Assembly: GCA_963823665.1 (NCBI GenBank) | Contig: CAWGMQ010000005.1 | Location: forward strand, 704,001-768,000 | Length of the DNA stretch: 64,000 nt | Origin: an uncultured Planctomycetota bacterium | GTDB taxonomy: Bacteria; Planctomycetota; Planctomycetia; Isosphaerales; Isosphaeraceae | Reading direction: 5' to 3' | In this document: positions 11,262 through 22,646 of the stretch, piece after piece | Layout: every line of letters starts with the position of its first letter | Numbering within the stretch: the stretch's first letter is position 1 | Position numbers and translations under genes: made by a program | The notes under the pieces: model-generated | The model's database searches: none | Told to the model about the DNA's origin: nothing | What the model saw: only the letters and a program-made list of their open reading frames with translations

Positions 11262-11750
11262 TCAGGTCGCGAGCCCTGCCCATTGAAGGAGCCGGTAGCC
11301 AGACCAGAGCGCCGCGGGCACGGTGACCAGGAACAGGCTCAGAGCAAGCCCAACCTTGAAGAGCCTTGGGCCGAAGCGAGGAGACACGCCCTGCTCGATG
11401 CTCCGATAGGTTAGCTCCACAATCCATCCGAGAGTGTAGAGCGCGTTGGCAACAAACGGAGCCGCGATCAAGGCGAGCGGTTCGATCGCATCTTCCCACG
11501 GCTGGAGATGACCGCTGGTTGTGATCGCGGCGAAGAAGATGACCAGACAAACGGCGCCGTACGCCCCGATGATGAGATTGAACGGCAGGCGGCGGATCTC
11601 CCACCAGACGATGACTTCGTGGGGAGAGTCCGGATTCTTTGGACTTGAGAACAGCCAGGACGCGAAGCGCTTCGCCTCGGACTTGGCACCGAGCTCGACG
11701 TCCCGAACCGATGCGTGTGGGGCGGTCCAAGGACTACTGGAATCGGGCAT
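11262..11750 (-). CDS. Hypothetical membrane protein
   Basis: 162-aa ORF with about 3 TM segments and a WWEIRRLPFN motif. Confidence 0.7.
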   Translation of the reverse strand: MPDSSSPWTAPHASVRDVELGAKSEAKRFASWLFSSPKNPDSPHEVIVWWEIRRLPFNLIIGAYGAVCLVIFFAAITTSGHLQPWEDAIEPLALIAAPFVANALYTLGWIVELTYRSIEQGVSPRFGPRLFKVGLALSLFLVTVPAALWSGYRLLQWAGLAT

Positions 11751-11859
11751 TGGAAACTCCGCGAACGCGTCTCGATCGCTCTTTCGCTTACCGAATCTAT
11801 CACACCGCGGCGTTTCAGGAACATCTGTCAGTGTATGGTTGTCGTTCGTTCGCCGATAT

Positions 11860-12603
11860 TCACGACCCCATTGCGTCGTAGTAGTGTTGGGGAACCGACT
11901 TGCCGCTCTGCTCGAGCCAGGCGGAGAACAGCATGTCTCGTGGGGTGCTCTTGAAGATCAGACAGTCTTCGAGGAATTCGAGATAGGACGCGAAGCTCTT
12001 GAAGACCTGGCGATCAACGATCTCCTGTCCGGGCGCATGATCGCTCTCCACTGCATGGGAGTCCTTGACGAAGATGATCGGGTAATCTCCGTGCTCATCG
12101 GGCCGTCGCGTGTCGAAGCAAAGCATGCCGCAAATCGCCGGTCCCTCGGTGAAGGGAATCAGCCAAGGGGCGGATTTGAATGGCGGTTGCTTCCGCCGGA
12201 CGGCACACCACTCAAGCCAGCCGAGCGGGTGACGGGGATCGATGTCGGGAAGCGTCCCTTCGTACAGATCCATGTAGAGCAAGCATTTGTAAGTCAGATA
12301 CGCTTTGAAGAGCGGAGGGAGCTTGGCTCCGAGGAAACGTTCGAAGCCATCGACCATCGCCTCGTCGATCGGGCTGTCGATTGGTTGCCAGGACGCGTCG
12401 CCCTCGGCGGCCGGGCGGCCGCAGAGCATTTCACCCGGCGCGACCCAGAAACGCAGGGCCTGGCCGGGCACTCTCTGCGCGAAAAAACACTCCGATTCGG
12501 ACAACACCGCCTGGACGGGGCGAAAGAAGACCGACTCCTGGAACAGCGAGATGAACTGTTCGATCCTCCGCCGGTGATCCGCGGAAATTGGCGTGCCTTG
12601 CAC
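11860..12603 (-). CDS. SMI1/KNR4 (SUKH)-like protein
   Basis: IDEAMVDGFERFLGAKLPPLFKAYL, LIPF, LCFDTR, DYPII and FKSFASYLE follow the SUKH pattern. Confidence 0.7.
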   Translation of the reverse strand: MQGTPISADHRRRIEQFISLFQESVFFRPVQAVLSESECFFAQRVPGQALRFWVAPGEMLCGRPAAEGDASWQPIDSPIDEAMVDGFERFLGAKLPPLFKAYLTYKCLLYMDLYEGTLPDIDPRHPLGWLEWCAVRRKQPPFKSAPWLIPFTEGPAICGMLCFDTRRPDEHGDYPIIFVKDSHAVESDHAPGQEIVDRQVFKSFASYLEFLEDCLIFKSTPRDMLFSAWLEQSGKSVPQHYYDAMGS

Positions 12604-12606
12604 GTG

Positions 12607-13116
12607 TTAGTTGACCCTCGCACTTTCCGCGGCATTCTTTAGACTCGCTAGCGTATCGGCCAGCTCGGAGGTGATTTCAGCGTTACCTGGCCATCGTGCC
12701 CGAAGCTTCTCGTAGTTCTCCTTCGCCCGCTCTAGCCAACCAACCGCACGACCGTAATCGCGGCGTTTGAACAGCACATCTCCGAGCAGCTTCACGTTCC
12801 TGGTGAGCTGCCAGTCGACCTTCGCGTCGGCAGGTCGACCGATCGCGTCATAGTGGCGCTGGGTCTCCTTGATCGAATCTTCCAGGACTTGAACAGCTCG
12901 ATCATACTCGCCGTTGTTAATGCACGTCACCGAAGCCACGTAATCGTGGTACGAGTCGTCATCATAACCAGGGTCGGTGTGATACACGAACAATGCGTAA
13001 TACAATAAGAATAGCAATAGAATAATTACAACGCCGGCGGCGCCCCACATCATCTCGGTCCGCACAACCGCCTTGCGCCGGCCTGCGTGTTCGGTCGAAG
13101 GCTGCCCGGGATTCAT
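12607..13116 (-). CDS. Membrane-anchored TPR-like protein
   Basis: N-terminal TM helix followed by GEYDRAVQVLE and LGDVLFKRRDYGRAVGWLERA. Confidence 0.6.
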   Translation of the reverse strand: MNPGQPSTEHAGRRKAVVRTEMMWGAAGVVIILLLFLLYYALFVYHTDPGYDDDSYHDYVASVTCINNGEYDRAVQVLEDSIKETQRHYDAIGRPADAKVDWQLTRNVKLLGDVLFKRRDYGRAVGWLERAKENYEKLRARWPGNAEITSELADTLASLKNAAESARVN

Positions 13117-13170
13117 GACGCTGATCCTGGAGGGCTGGTCCGGTCATTGAAGCAACCGAGCACAGAGCTT

Positions 13171-14219
13171 TTAGGCCTCGATACCGGGCAGCCAGCGGAG
13201 TGCGTTGTCGCGGAACAGTTTTCGAAGGACCCCTTCCGGCAAATCCAATCCCCGTGTCGGCTTGGCGTCGTATTCCATCGCGTCTGCACCGGAGAAAAAG
13301 GCCCAGTCGCGGTCGTGCACGCTCTTCAGAGACCGGGCAGCGGCCGCGGGTTCGGCCTCGCGAAGGGAGAAATCGGTGGCGTAGAGGATGCGGTCTTGAT
13401 AGCGAATGAGGAACTGCCGCACTTGCTCGCGATCGCCGCGCGCGAAGTAGCGAATGCGGGCCGCGGTGTCCACGGCGAAGTTCGGGTAAGTGTCGAGTCG
13501 CCTGGCTAACTCTTTCAGATCGTCTTCGTCGCTGCCGAGGTGACACCCGACCACGCGGAGCTTGGGCATGCTGGCAAGAACCCGGTCGCGGGCTTTCAAA
13601 ATGTCTTCCTTCACCGCTGCCCCGGTCTTGCCATACAGATGCCACTGCGGGTTAGCCGAATAGTAGCGGATCTCGGGATTCTTGGCGTCGAGCGGCAGCC
13701 ACGCGCCGTCCGGCTCGGCGAGGTGTGCCACCAGCGTTTTCCCTTCTTTCAGAATTGCCTCGTAGACGGGCCGAAGCGCGCGATCGTCGGGAAGAAGGTA
13801 TGCGCCCGATTTACCTTTGATCGACATTCCGATGTTCTTCCAGATCTTCACGGCGATCGCGCCATCCGCGAACGACTGCCGCAGGCTGGCGATCGTCTGC
13901 TCCGGGAATTCTGGTTTCTCAAAGCCGCGGGCGTCGAAGGTGGATGCCCAGGCCAATGTTCCATTGCTGTCCCGGGAAACCTTGGCCGTGGCGCGAGGCG
14001 CTCGGCGAGGTCAAACGTCTCATCACCGCTCGCGGGGCAAACGACGATGTCCAGACCGCGCCAGTTTGCCGCTTTAATTGCAGACAGAAGTGCGGGTGCA
14101 TCGCGGTGGATGTGGACGTGGGTGTCGATCCGCGTGAAGTCCGCAGTCGCGCTGGCGTTGGCTGCGCCCGCGAGCATTACTGGTGGTATCAATCGCAGGA
14201 CTTCTCTTCGCGTCCTCAT
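13171..14219 (-). CDS. Amidohydrolase_2 family protein, Tat-like signal, frameshift near 13985
   Basis: MRTRREVL, RIDTHVH, AVKIWK, AHLAEP, GCHLGS and RILYATD across ORFs 13848-14267 and 13171-13956. Confidence 0.85.
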
Positions 14220-15190
14220 TGCGCCGCCTTTCGAGAGAGGATTTGCTGCCGGCATACCTTTATCCACTTCAAGCCAAGGACGACCAGTAAGCCGATCCCG
14301 GCCCCGAGTACAACCGCCATCACAGGGCCAAGGCTACCACCTCCGCTGATCACGAGCCACGGTCCCAGCGGCTGAGAGAGCGGCTCCAGCACTTTGGGGA
14401 TCCTTGCGAGGACCCATTGATCCGCGCCGGTAAAGACCGGAAATCTCCGGAACCAAGAGATCACCCAAGGATACAGGACACCACCGCCTGGACCGGCTGA
14501 CGTGAAGGTCCATGATGCATATCCGCTGTAATACGGCAACATCAGCAGCAGGGGCAGCAACCCGAGGTGAAGGCTCCATAGCCAGGCGCGCCTCTCGCCG
14601 CGCATCCACGGCCATAGAACAAATAAAATCAATCCAGCGAAGTAGGCGCTTTCACACACAATATTCAACCAGAACCGTCCCGCGCGGGCCCATCGTTCGT
14701 CGAATGCTTGATCTTCTGAAAGAGCGTACCGATACGCGGCTTCGCTCTTGGTGCGATTGGCTTTCAGCCGTTCCCCGTGGAGAAGCACGAGAAACTCCTC
14801 GGGGCTCAGCCTGGAAGGAGCTTGATCCTGCTCGAGAACCGCGACTGCCCATTTCACCCTGTTCGGTGGATCAGCATTGTCTCTTGCCGCCACCTTGATT
14901 TTGCGCAAAACTTCAGGGAAGTCGGCAACGGCTTGGCGGCGTGGCACACGAAAAAGAAATTGGGTGTGATAGCCCTGAATGTAGTAGATGTACCACCCGT
15001 CACGAGGTTGGTAGAATCCGCCCATGGGGCCCTCACTCTGGCCTCCCAAGTCAACGCCGCACGCTCGCATCCAAAAGGCGGACGAGCTTCCCTCTTTTAC
15101 CGGCGATGTGGATCGAGCGAAGTAAAGGACTGCGCCAACTGATGCCAGCATCGCCAGGCAGGCGACCAGTTGCTTGATGCCGACGGGCAT
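14216..15190 (-). CDS. Hypothetical membrane protein
   Basis: About 324-aa ORF with an N-terminal signal/TM and C-terminal TM helices. Its stop overlaps the amidohydrolase ATG. Confidence 0.65.
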   Translation of the reverse strand: MPVGIKQLVACLAMLASVGAVLYFARSTSPVKEGSSSAFWMRACGVDLGGQSEGPMGGFYQPRDGWYIYYIQGYHTQFLFRVPRRQAVADFPEVLRKIKVAARDNADPPNRVKWAVAVLEQDQAPSRLSPEEFLVLLHGERLKANRTKSEAAYRYALSEDQAFDERWARAGRFWLNIVCESAYFAGLILFVLWPWMRGERRAWLWSLHLGLLPLLLMLPYYSGYASWTFTSAGPGGGVLYPWVISWFRRFPVFTGADQWVLARIPKVLEPLSQPLGPWLVISGGGSLGPVMAVVLGAGIGLLVVLGLKWIKVCRQQILSRKAAQ

Positions 15191-15347
15191 GACTTTGGCT
15201 CTGCACGTGCGGATTGAACTTGCCGCGGGAATGGCGCGGATCAATGCGGTGGAGCGACTTTCATGCAAACCGCGCGCATATCGGGGATAATGCACACTGT
15301 TGAGTGTAGCGTGACGATCAATAGTCAGACACCGGGATTCCGACCCA

Positions 15348-15944
15348 ATGCCGGCTGAGCCGCACACGATCCGCCAGGAAATCCATGGCGTGGCAATTTT
15401 CATTGGCGCCATCTGGGCTGTTTTCCTCGCGAGCTGGGTCTTCCCCGGCATCGACAACTACGGCGTTCTTCCGCGGAGGATGATCGGCCTCGTGGGCATC
15501 CCGGCCATGCCGTTTCTGCACGCCAATCTTGCGCACATTCTCAGCAACACCGTGCCGTTGTTCGTCTTGCTCATCCTCCTGGCCGGGTCGCGGGCCGAGT
15601 CGTGGGAGGTGGTCGTTCTCATCACGCTGCTCGGCGGCCTGCTGCTCTGGATCTTCGGCCGCGAGGCGATTCACATCGGGGCGAGCGGACTGATTTCCGG
15701 GCTCGGCGCGTTTCTCATGCTTTCGGGATTTCTGGAGCGCCGGATCATCCCGCTCTTGATCGCACTGCTGGTCGGTTTCTTCTACGGCGGTGCGCTTGTA
15801 GCCGGGATGATCCCCCGGATCGGCTCGCAAGTCTCATGGGACGGCCACCTCTGCGGCGCGATCGCGGGCGGGCTTGTCGCCATCGCGCTGGCGCGCGCGT
15901 CGAAGCCGCCTTCAGAAGCAGCCCGCCTCAATTCGTCCGTCTGA
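15348..15944 (+). CDS. Rhomboid family intramembrane serine protease
   Basis: PFLHANLAHILSN, HIGASG (catalytic Ser) and SWDGHLCGAIAG (catalytic His). Confidence 0.92.
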   Translation: MPAEPHTIRQEIHGVAIFIGAIWAVFLASWVFPGIDNYGVLPRRMIGLVGIPAMPFLHANLAHILSNTVPLFVLLILLAGSRAESWEVVVLITLLGGLLLWIFGREAIHIGASGLISGLGAFLMLSGFLERRIIPLLIALLVGFFYGGALVAGMIPRIGSQVSWDGHLCGAIAGGLVAIALARASKPPSEAARLNSSV

Positions 15945-17340
15945 CGACGCCGGTCTCGATCAGTCTGGGGGCTCGCGGGGTTTCTTCGGATTGGGTCTCG
16001 CCCAGGATCTCGTCGATCGCACGGCCGGACGCGTGTTCCAGCGAGATGCCGAGCATACGCGCGATCGTCGGCGCCACGTCGATGTTGGCGATCGTGGAGA
16101 GTTTCGTGCCGCGCTTGATGCCTGCACCCGCGGCCACGAAGATCGCGTTCATCTTGGGCTCGGTCGAGAGAAACCCATGAGCTCCAGCCGTCGGGATCTC
16201 ATTCGGTACGACCAGATCATCACCTCTGGAATCCAGGCTGAACGCAAAGCCTTCTTTTGCAGCCAGAACGAGGTCGCCCATCGCGGGGTTCTCGCTCGGC
16301 TGGGGAAGGTGATAACGGGGGTAGTCCTTCGGCTCGATCACGGCGGAGATTCCCTCTGCGCCGCGAAACAAGCGGATCACCGTTTCTCGGTCAGCCTGGG
16401 CCCTCGAGGGATCGGTGAGGTAGACCATGGCGATGCCCCCTTCGGCGACCGCAAGCGCGTATGCCTGATTTGACCCGGCCGCCCTCCGACGTTCAACAGC
16501 CCGTGACGGCGCAAGATCGCGTTGGGCCTGAGGGACTTGGGCGCGGCGACGAACCCGTGATCGGCGACGATGAACACGGCGGTCTGGCCGCGAACGCCGG
16601 CATCGTCGAGAGCATCGAGAACGCGGCCGACGTTGGCATCATTGGCCGCGGCCGCGGCGTAGCCCGGAGGCGACTTCGGGCCATAACGATGGTGGACGGT
16701 GTCGACGTTATTCAGGTGCAGGGCCAGGAATCGCGGCATCCGGTCGCTTGATCACGTGACACGCGGCTTCGGTCCAGATTTCGTCCTGGACCATGTCGTT
16801 GCCCCACTTGAAGCGCTCGATCAACCCCATGCGCGCCAGCTCGTCTTTGAGCCTGGGAGTGGTATGCGCGAGAGGCCCCGGGACATCGGGGAAATTGTCG
16901 TCGATCGATTTCGACCCGCGGGTGCATGGCCAGTTGATCGCCGCGGATCGATGGCCGGCCTGCTTGAGGACGTCAAACAAAAGCGGCACGCGCACCAGCT
17001 CGTACTGGCTCTTCGAGGTAAAGTACTCGACAAGCTGGCCGGGCCCGCGCCGCTGCAATAGCCCGTTGAACAGCACGCCGTGGCGATCGGCGTGGCATCC
17101 CGTGACGAGGCTCGTCTGGTTGGGCCACGTGATCGAAGGGTCGGAGACAGTCATGCCTGCTTCGGCCGCGACTCCTTCCCTGGCGAGGCCGCGAATCACG
17201 GGGAGTGAAGCCTGCGGGTCGTCGAGAAGATAGGCAGGCAAGCCGTCGATCAGGATCATCACGACATGCCGGTCGTCGGAGCGGGCGGGATCAGGAAGTG
17301 CGGTGAGCAAGAGAGCCGCAAGTGCCAGGACATTGAACAT
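15928..17340 (-). CDS. Alkaline phosphatase superfamily nucleotide pyrophosphatase/phosphodiesterase (frameshifts near 16740 and 16470)
   Basis: ILIDGL, PSITWPNQTSLVTG, DTVHHRYG, VADHG and GAHGF across three ORF pieces. Confidence 0.85.
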
Positions 17341-17666
17341 CGGGGGCACCCTCCTTCGTGCGATTCGAGCCGTTCGCCCTTCCGATCGACCTCGCGCATG
17401 GGCCAATTCACGTCGAACGTCAGGCTCGTGGGCCTATTCCTTGAAGACACCCGGAATTGGGCGACACTATAACAACTGGATGTAGAGCGGGAATGAAGTC
17501 GCGTTGAAGGTTTGCCGAAGATTTGGAGTTTGAGCTTGCCCTCCGGAGGCGGAAATCTTAGAAGAATTCACGAGCGGGATGGCTGGCCGCACCGAAACAC
17601 GCTTTGGTGGATGTGCCGCCCCACGAGTGACTGCCATCCAGCCTGTCGAGGAAGTCGGGGGTAACG

Positions 17667-18438
17667 ATGGCCGTGGCGTTGGAACCGATTTGTGCCAGGG
17701 AAGCGCAGTGCAAGTGCTGCGGGGCTCCGGCTTCGCTGTACGGGCTTCTCGATTTCAACAAGAACTGCGAGATCTACCGGAAGAATGCGCTCGGTATCTC
17801 CGGCGTGCCGATCTACTACCACCGCTGCCCGGAGTGCTGGTTCATTTTCACAACCGCGTTTGATCAGTTCTCGAAGGACGATTTTGAGCGCCATGTCTAT
17901 AACGATCAGTATCTGCTCATTGATCCTGACTTCCAGGAGGCGCGTCCGAGACACAACGCGACGATCGTGGGTCAATTGCTGGCCCAGGCCAAGCCCGCGC
18001 GTATTCTCGATTACGGCGGGGGCAACGGCAAACTGGCCGAGCTATTGCGCGACAATGGGTTTTCCGACGTGACGACCTTCGACCCCTTTGTGCCGCGATT
18101 CGAACAAAAACCCGATGGCCGTTTCGACTGCGTGATCTGCTTCGAGGTACTCGAGCATTCCACGGAGCCGGCCCAAACGCTGAGTGACATCACCGCGCAT
18201 GCTGACGGATACGGGAATCATCCTCCTCTCCACCCTGCTGCAGCCCGATGATATCGACAGCCAGGGGCTGGCCTGGTGGTACGCTGCCCCGAGGAATGCC
18301 CACGTTTCTCTTTATTCAGCGGCGAGCCTGGAACGGCTCGCCCGGCGAGCGGGATTTCAAGTCCATTCCCTCGATCAGAGCTACCACGTGTTTTATCGGC
18401 ACAACGCGGCGCTGGTGAGCCCGTCGGCGCCATCGTGA
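17667..18438 (+). CDS. Class I SAM-dependent methyltransferase with an N-terminal Zn ribbon, frameshift near 18195
   Basis: CKCC and CPEC, ILDYGGGNG, FDCVICFEVLEH and WWYAAPRNAHVS. Confidence 0.85.
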
Positions 18439-18485
18439 GCAAGATGGGCAACTCGATATTCTCGCGCCGCAATTGATCTCGTACG

Positions 18486-19425
18486 ATGGCGATCATGTCG
18501 AAGCACCTTGATCATGATCCACTCACGTTCCGCTTGCTCTACAAGAGCCCGCTTGTCAGCGTGCGCGATTACCGCTGCCGCGCCTGCCGCGGCGGGCCGG
18601 GAGCCGAGGAGTATAGCGACAGCAACGACATCGTCCTGTTGCGTCACGGCGCTTTCTGCAAACACTTCGGGAGCCGCCGCATCACCGCCGACGTGAACCA
18701 AGCCATCTACTTCTCGCAGGGCTCGGCGTATCGCGTGAGCCATCCGGCCAAGTGCGGCGACCGCGGGACGACCTTTGCCATCGCGCCGCGAGTGCTCTCC
18801 GACATCATCCGTGAGCTTGATCCGTCGATCGACGATCACGCCGAGAGGCCCTTTCCATTCGTGAACGGCCCGTGCGAGCCCGCCAACTTCTGGCAGCACC
18901 GGGAGCTGGTGCTCCGGCTTGAAGCCGCGGGCAATCATCCGCTTGAACACCTGTGGGCGGACGTCACGGCGCTTCAGCTCATCGCAAACGTCCTCGAGGC
19001 CGCGTTCGAGCGACACAGCGGGCCGCGAAAGCAGTGCCGACGGCGCACGGGAACCGATGCCGATCACATCGAGCGGGTCGAGGCGGCCAAGACTTACCTC
19101 GCAGCGCGGCTGTCAGAGCGGATCACGCTGGACGAAGTGGCGCAGGCGGTGCACGCCTCACCGTTTCATCTGGCTCGCGTTTTTCAGCAGCGAACGGGAG
19201 TTCCGGTTCATCGCTACTTGACCCGACTGCGGCTGCGCGCGTCGCTCGAGCGGCTATCGGGGGGTGCGAACGATTTGACCGCGCTGGCGCTCGAATCAGG
19301 GTTTCTCGAGCCACAGTCATTTCGCCGATGCGTTCCGCCGTGAGTTCGGGCGCACGCCCCGCGATGTGCGCCGGGAAGCGGGCAGCCGGTGGTATCGCGA
19401 AGTGAGCAAGAATCTGGAAGTCTAG
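18486..19425 (+). CDS. AraC family transcriptional regulator, frameshift near 19305
   Basis: SPFHLARVFQQRTG and YLTRLRL. Restoring the frame gives GFSSHSHFADAFRREFG ending SKNLEV-stop at 19425. Confidence 0.88.
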
Positions 19426-19515
19426 AATCTCGCGCGGGCCTAGGATGTCTTCACGAGCAACAGCCGCGGGCGCCGCGGCGGCTCGAACATTCGACTCGTC
19501 TTACGGGGTTCTCTG

Positions 19516-19650
19516 ATGAAGACGAAGAAGTGCCCGGTGTGCGACTGGGAGATCACGGACGGCGGGATCAAGGTCAAGGTCGGTGAGAAGGAGATCACGG
19601 TCTGTTGCGACGACTGTGCCAAGAAGGCAATGGAGAGCACGAGTAAGTAG
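19516..19650 (+). CDS. 44-aa Cys-rich TRASH/YHS-like small protein (below the ORF-track cutoff)
   Basis: Manual translation: MKTKKCPVCDWEITDGGIKVKVGEKEITVCCDDCAKKAMESTSK. Third codon positions are strongly G/C, and the pattern is CxxC...CCxxC. Confidence 0.75.
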   Translation: MKTKKCPVCDWEITDGGIKVKVGEKEITVCCDDCAKKAMESTSK

Positions 19651-19870
19651 TGTGCCGCGATGGGGCCCCGGCCGTCTCGAGCGAATTCGAGTAGCGGTGG
19701 GGCCCGACACTCGCGGCGAGCCTCAAGAAAATGGCCGGAAAGGAATTCTCGCGCGAAGCGATGGTCACGAGGAAATTCCGATCTCCCGTGGCCGATTTCA
19801 TGGTCATCGCACGGGGACCAGCAGCCTGGGAATGACGATCGCGTCGATCGCCGGCTTGGGAGGGGTCTTG

Positions 19871-22406
19871 TCAGCGTTCTTTCGAATGACCGTCGGCGAT
19901 CGCAGCGGCAACCACCTTTGCATCGCGCTGCAGTTCATGCTCGGCGGTCTTTTCGATTTTCTCGTCGCGCTTTTCGGTGCGGTGAGGGTCGCGCGAAAGC
20001 ATCTTGATCAGCAGGTGATTCGAAACGCCGCTTGGCGTGGCGACGTTGATGTCCAGGAGTGCGGTACCGTTTGCACTCGGCGTGGGGCAAGCGTCCTTTG
20101 GAATGGTCACCTCGAGTAATTGCCGGCTGACGAGCACGGCGGTGGCGACTTTACCGCCGGCGATCACGTGGGTGTCGTGAATGCTGAAGTTCTTACCCTC
20201 GAGAAAGAGCGTCGTTTCCTCGCCTTCTTCCGGGGGCCTGCCGTGCCAGCCCAGTATGGTCGGCCGGAGCTGTGAGCCGTGCGAACAGAAAATCCGCGCG
20301 TCATTCTGACTATCGGCGAACGGAACTCGGACCACCATTCGCTGGGTGGGCATCAGGCTTCTGAGCTGGTTCGAGCCGCTCGGTGGCGATCTGAAGCTCT
20401 TCGGGGCGATAGTGGCCCTCGACCTTGGCACGGTTCAAGGCTTCCACGGCGAGCTCGAGCTTTCGGCCCTGCACGGCGGCTTTTTCCAGGTCGGACTTCT
20501 GGCCGTCGCCGACCTCGCTGGTGCGGAACCAGTTGGCCACGGTGATGAATTCGATCTTGGGCACGAAGTTGGGCATCTCGACGAGCGCGGTGCATTCTCG
20601 CTGGCCGGGCTCGATGCTCTGGTCGCTGCCGGTGGGGTCGGGGACGCGCCCGCTGGCCAGGAGCGCAATGTCGGTGAAGATCCGGCCGCGCCGGCCGCCG
20701 CTGGTCTGTAGCCTGGGGTAAAAGACCCAGCCGAAGGTACTCTGGCCGGCGCCGAAGCCGACCATCGTCGGATTCAAACGAATGGCCGTTTCGTCATCGG
20801 CCGCCTGGCGCTGTGCTTCGACGCCGGTGAGTGCCCGGAGTGGTCCGCCCGTGGCAGATCCGACCAGGTCGATCGCGGAGAACTTGCGGCGGCCGAAGGC
20901 ATCGGCCACATTCTGCTGGGCGATGACCGGCTCGATCGCGTAGACGCGCAGCGGCCATTTCATGTCGACATATTTCTGAAAGGCGTGCAGTGCATCGTCT
21001 GACGGCTCGGACTCGAAGAAACTCATTCGCTTGAGCACGTCGAATACTGAGCTCGGGATACTGATCGGCCATGTCCTGCTTCAAGCGGTGATTGAGACCG
21101 GCCGCCTGGATGCGCAGGGCGAAGGAGAGGACGCTCACGACTCGTTGGCGCTGCTCGATCGACTCGTCGCCGTGCGCCGCTGTTTCCGCCTGCGGTCTGG
21201 AGGACGAGCGTGTCGCGGGCCCGGCCCGGCTGCACCTGGGCAATTCGCGGGAAAATCTCGCTTCAGAATCAAGTCACCCAGTTCTTCGAGCGGATCGATC
21301 GCGTCGGCGAGCTGGGCTGTCCTCACGGGAGTCGCCGCCTCTTCGAGGAGATGATAGCTCGACTGGAGCTCGCCTCTTAGCCACTCCGCGATGCGGGCGC
21401 TCTTGTGGTGGGGCTCATCAAGGAGCTCTCCGGCGAGCTGGCGCTCGGCATCGTGCTTGAGCAAGGCGATGTTTTCCGCTCCATGGTAAAGCTCGGTGTC
21501 CGCAAAGGAGAGCAGCGAGAATGTTCCGGCACCTCGGCCGGGGTCCTGGTCGGCGCTCGAGCCCGAGCCATTGACGATCGCCTGGGTCAGGCTGGTCACG
21601 GTCTCGTTGATCACGGCGTTTCGAAGAGCGTCGCGCAGCGTGTGCTTGGTCATGATCGACTTGGCCGAAACGGTGATGATTGCTCCCTTGCCGCGGCGAC
21701 TTCTGGGGCCGGGGGAGAGTGTCACCGGGATGCGAATGAGGTAGAGTCCATAGCCGGGGCGGTCGGTCAGGTCGTCGCCCGCATTGATGCGGCGCAACTG
21801 ATTCAAGTGGTTCAGATAATTGGAGTGCTCGTCGAGTACGACCGTGGGCTCGAGGGCGACCGGGGTCTTGTCAGGCGGGCCAGGTGCAGCGGTCAGGCCG
21901 GGATTGAGCGCGGCTGTAGAGTTGAGCAGCGATTGCAGGCTGACTGACGAAGGCGGCGTGGGCGCGGGCGCGGGCGGAGTCGAGGTTGAAGTGGAATTTG
22001 AAGTCGGGGTGGGCGGTGGGGGCGCGATCGCATTTGCCCCGAGCATCAACCGCGTGGCTTCGGACTCGGTGTGCCGCACAGAGCCATTGATTTCGCTCTT
22101 GTAGCCTTGCTTTAGCCAACCGGACATCTGTGATTCGTATTCGGAGCGGAACTTGGCCAGGCGATCCTGGCCCCAGACATCGGGTGACTTCACGCTGATC
22201 GTTCCGTAAGCCGTCATGGCGCGATCGAGCTCGTCGATCATCTGTTCGGCGTCGGGAAGGCGAATCGGCTCGTCAGGCTTCTTATCCAGGACAGTGAGCG
22301 CGGTTCGGTCGTCGGTGGTCACGCACGCCACGCCTGTCACCAGCAGCGAGGCGAGCGTCATACCGCGAAGGATCGAACCGAGTCGGATTTGTGGGCGCAG
22401 GACCAT
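19871..22406 (-). CDS. Large secreted/lipoprotein of unknown function (several frameshifts; 3' end approximate)
   Basis: ORFs 21135-22406, 20794-21243, 20310-21038 and 19871-20431 tile into one protein of about 850 aa. It has a lipobox-like VAC, a Pro/Ser/Thr linker and a C-terminal Ig/IPT-like segment (LEGKNFS...VATPSGVSNHL). Confidence 0.65.
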
Positions 22407-22646
22407 GAGATCCTTTTGAGACTTCCGTCTCCGAGAAAGGGACGGCCATTATCGCTCTTTGCCGATTGCTGTCAACGCCGCCTGGCGAGTCGTTTCCTGG
22501 GGTCGACGCAACTGGACGCTGGATCATGTATAAAGGAAATGAGAAGGTAGACCGCCAGCCGTGCGAACCCGCCCGCGCGTCGGTGTGTCCGCCCTGGGGA
22601 TGTTGTCGGGCAGGGATTGGCCGGCCGCCGGCAGAATGGTGACGAG

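Noticed and set aside
22430..22640. Possible riboswitch upstream of the MATE gene
   Set aside because: No recognisable aptamer consensus by eye. An Rfam scan would be needed.
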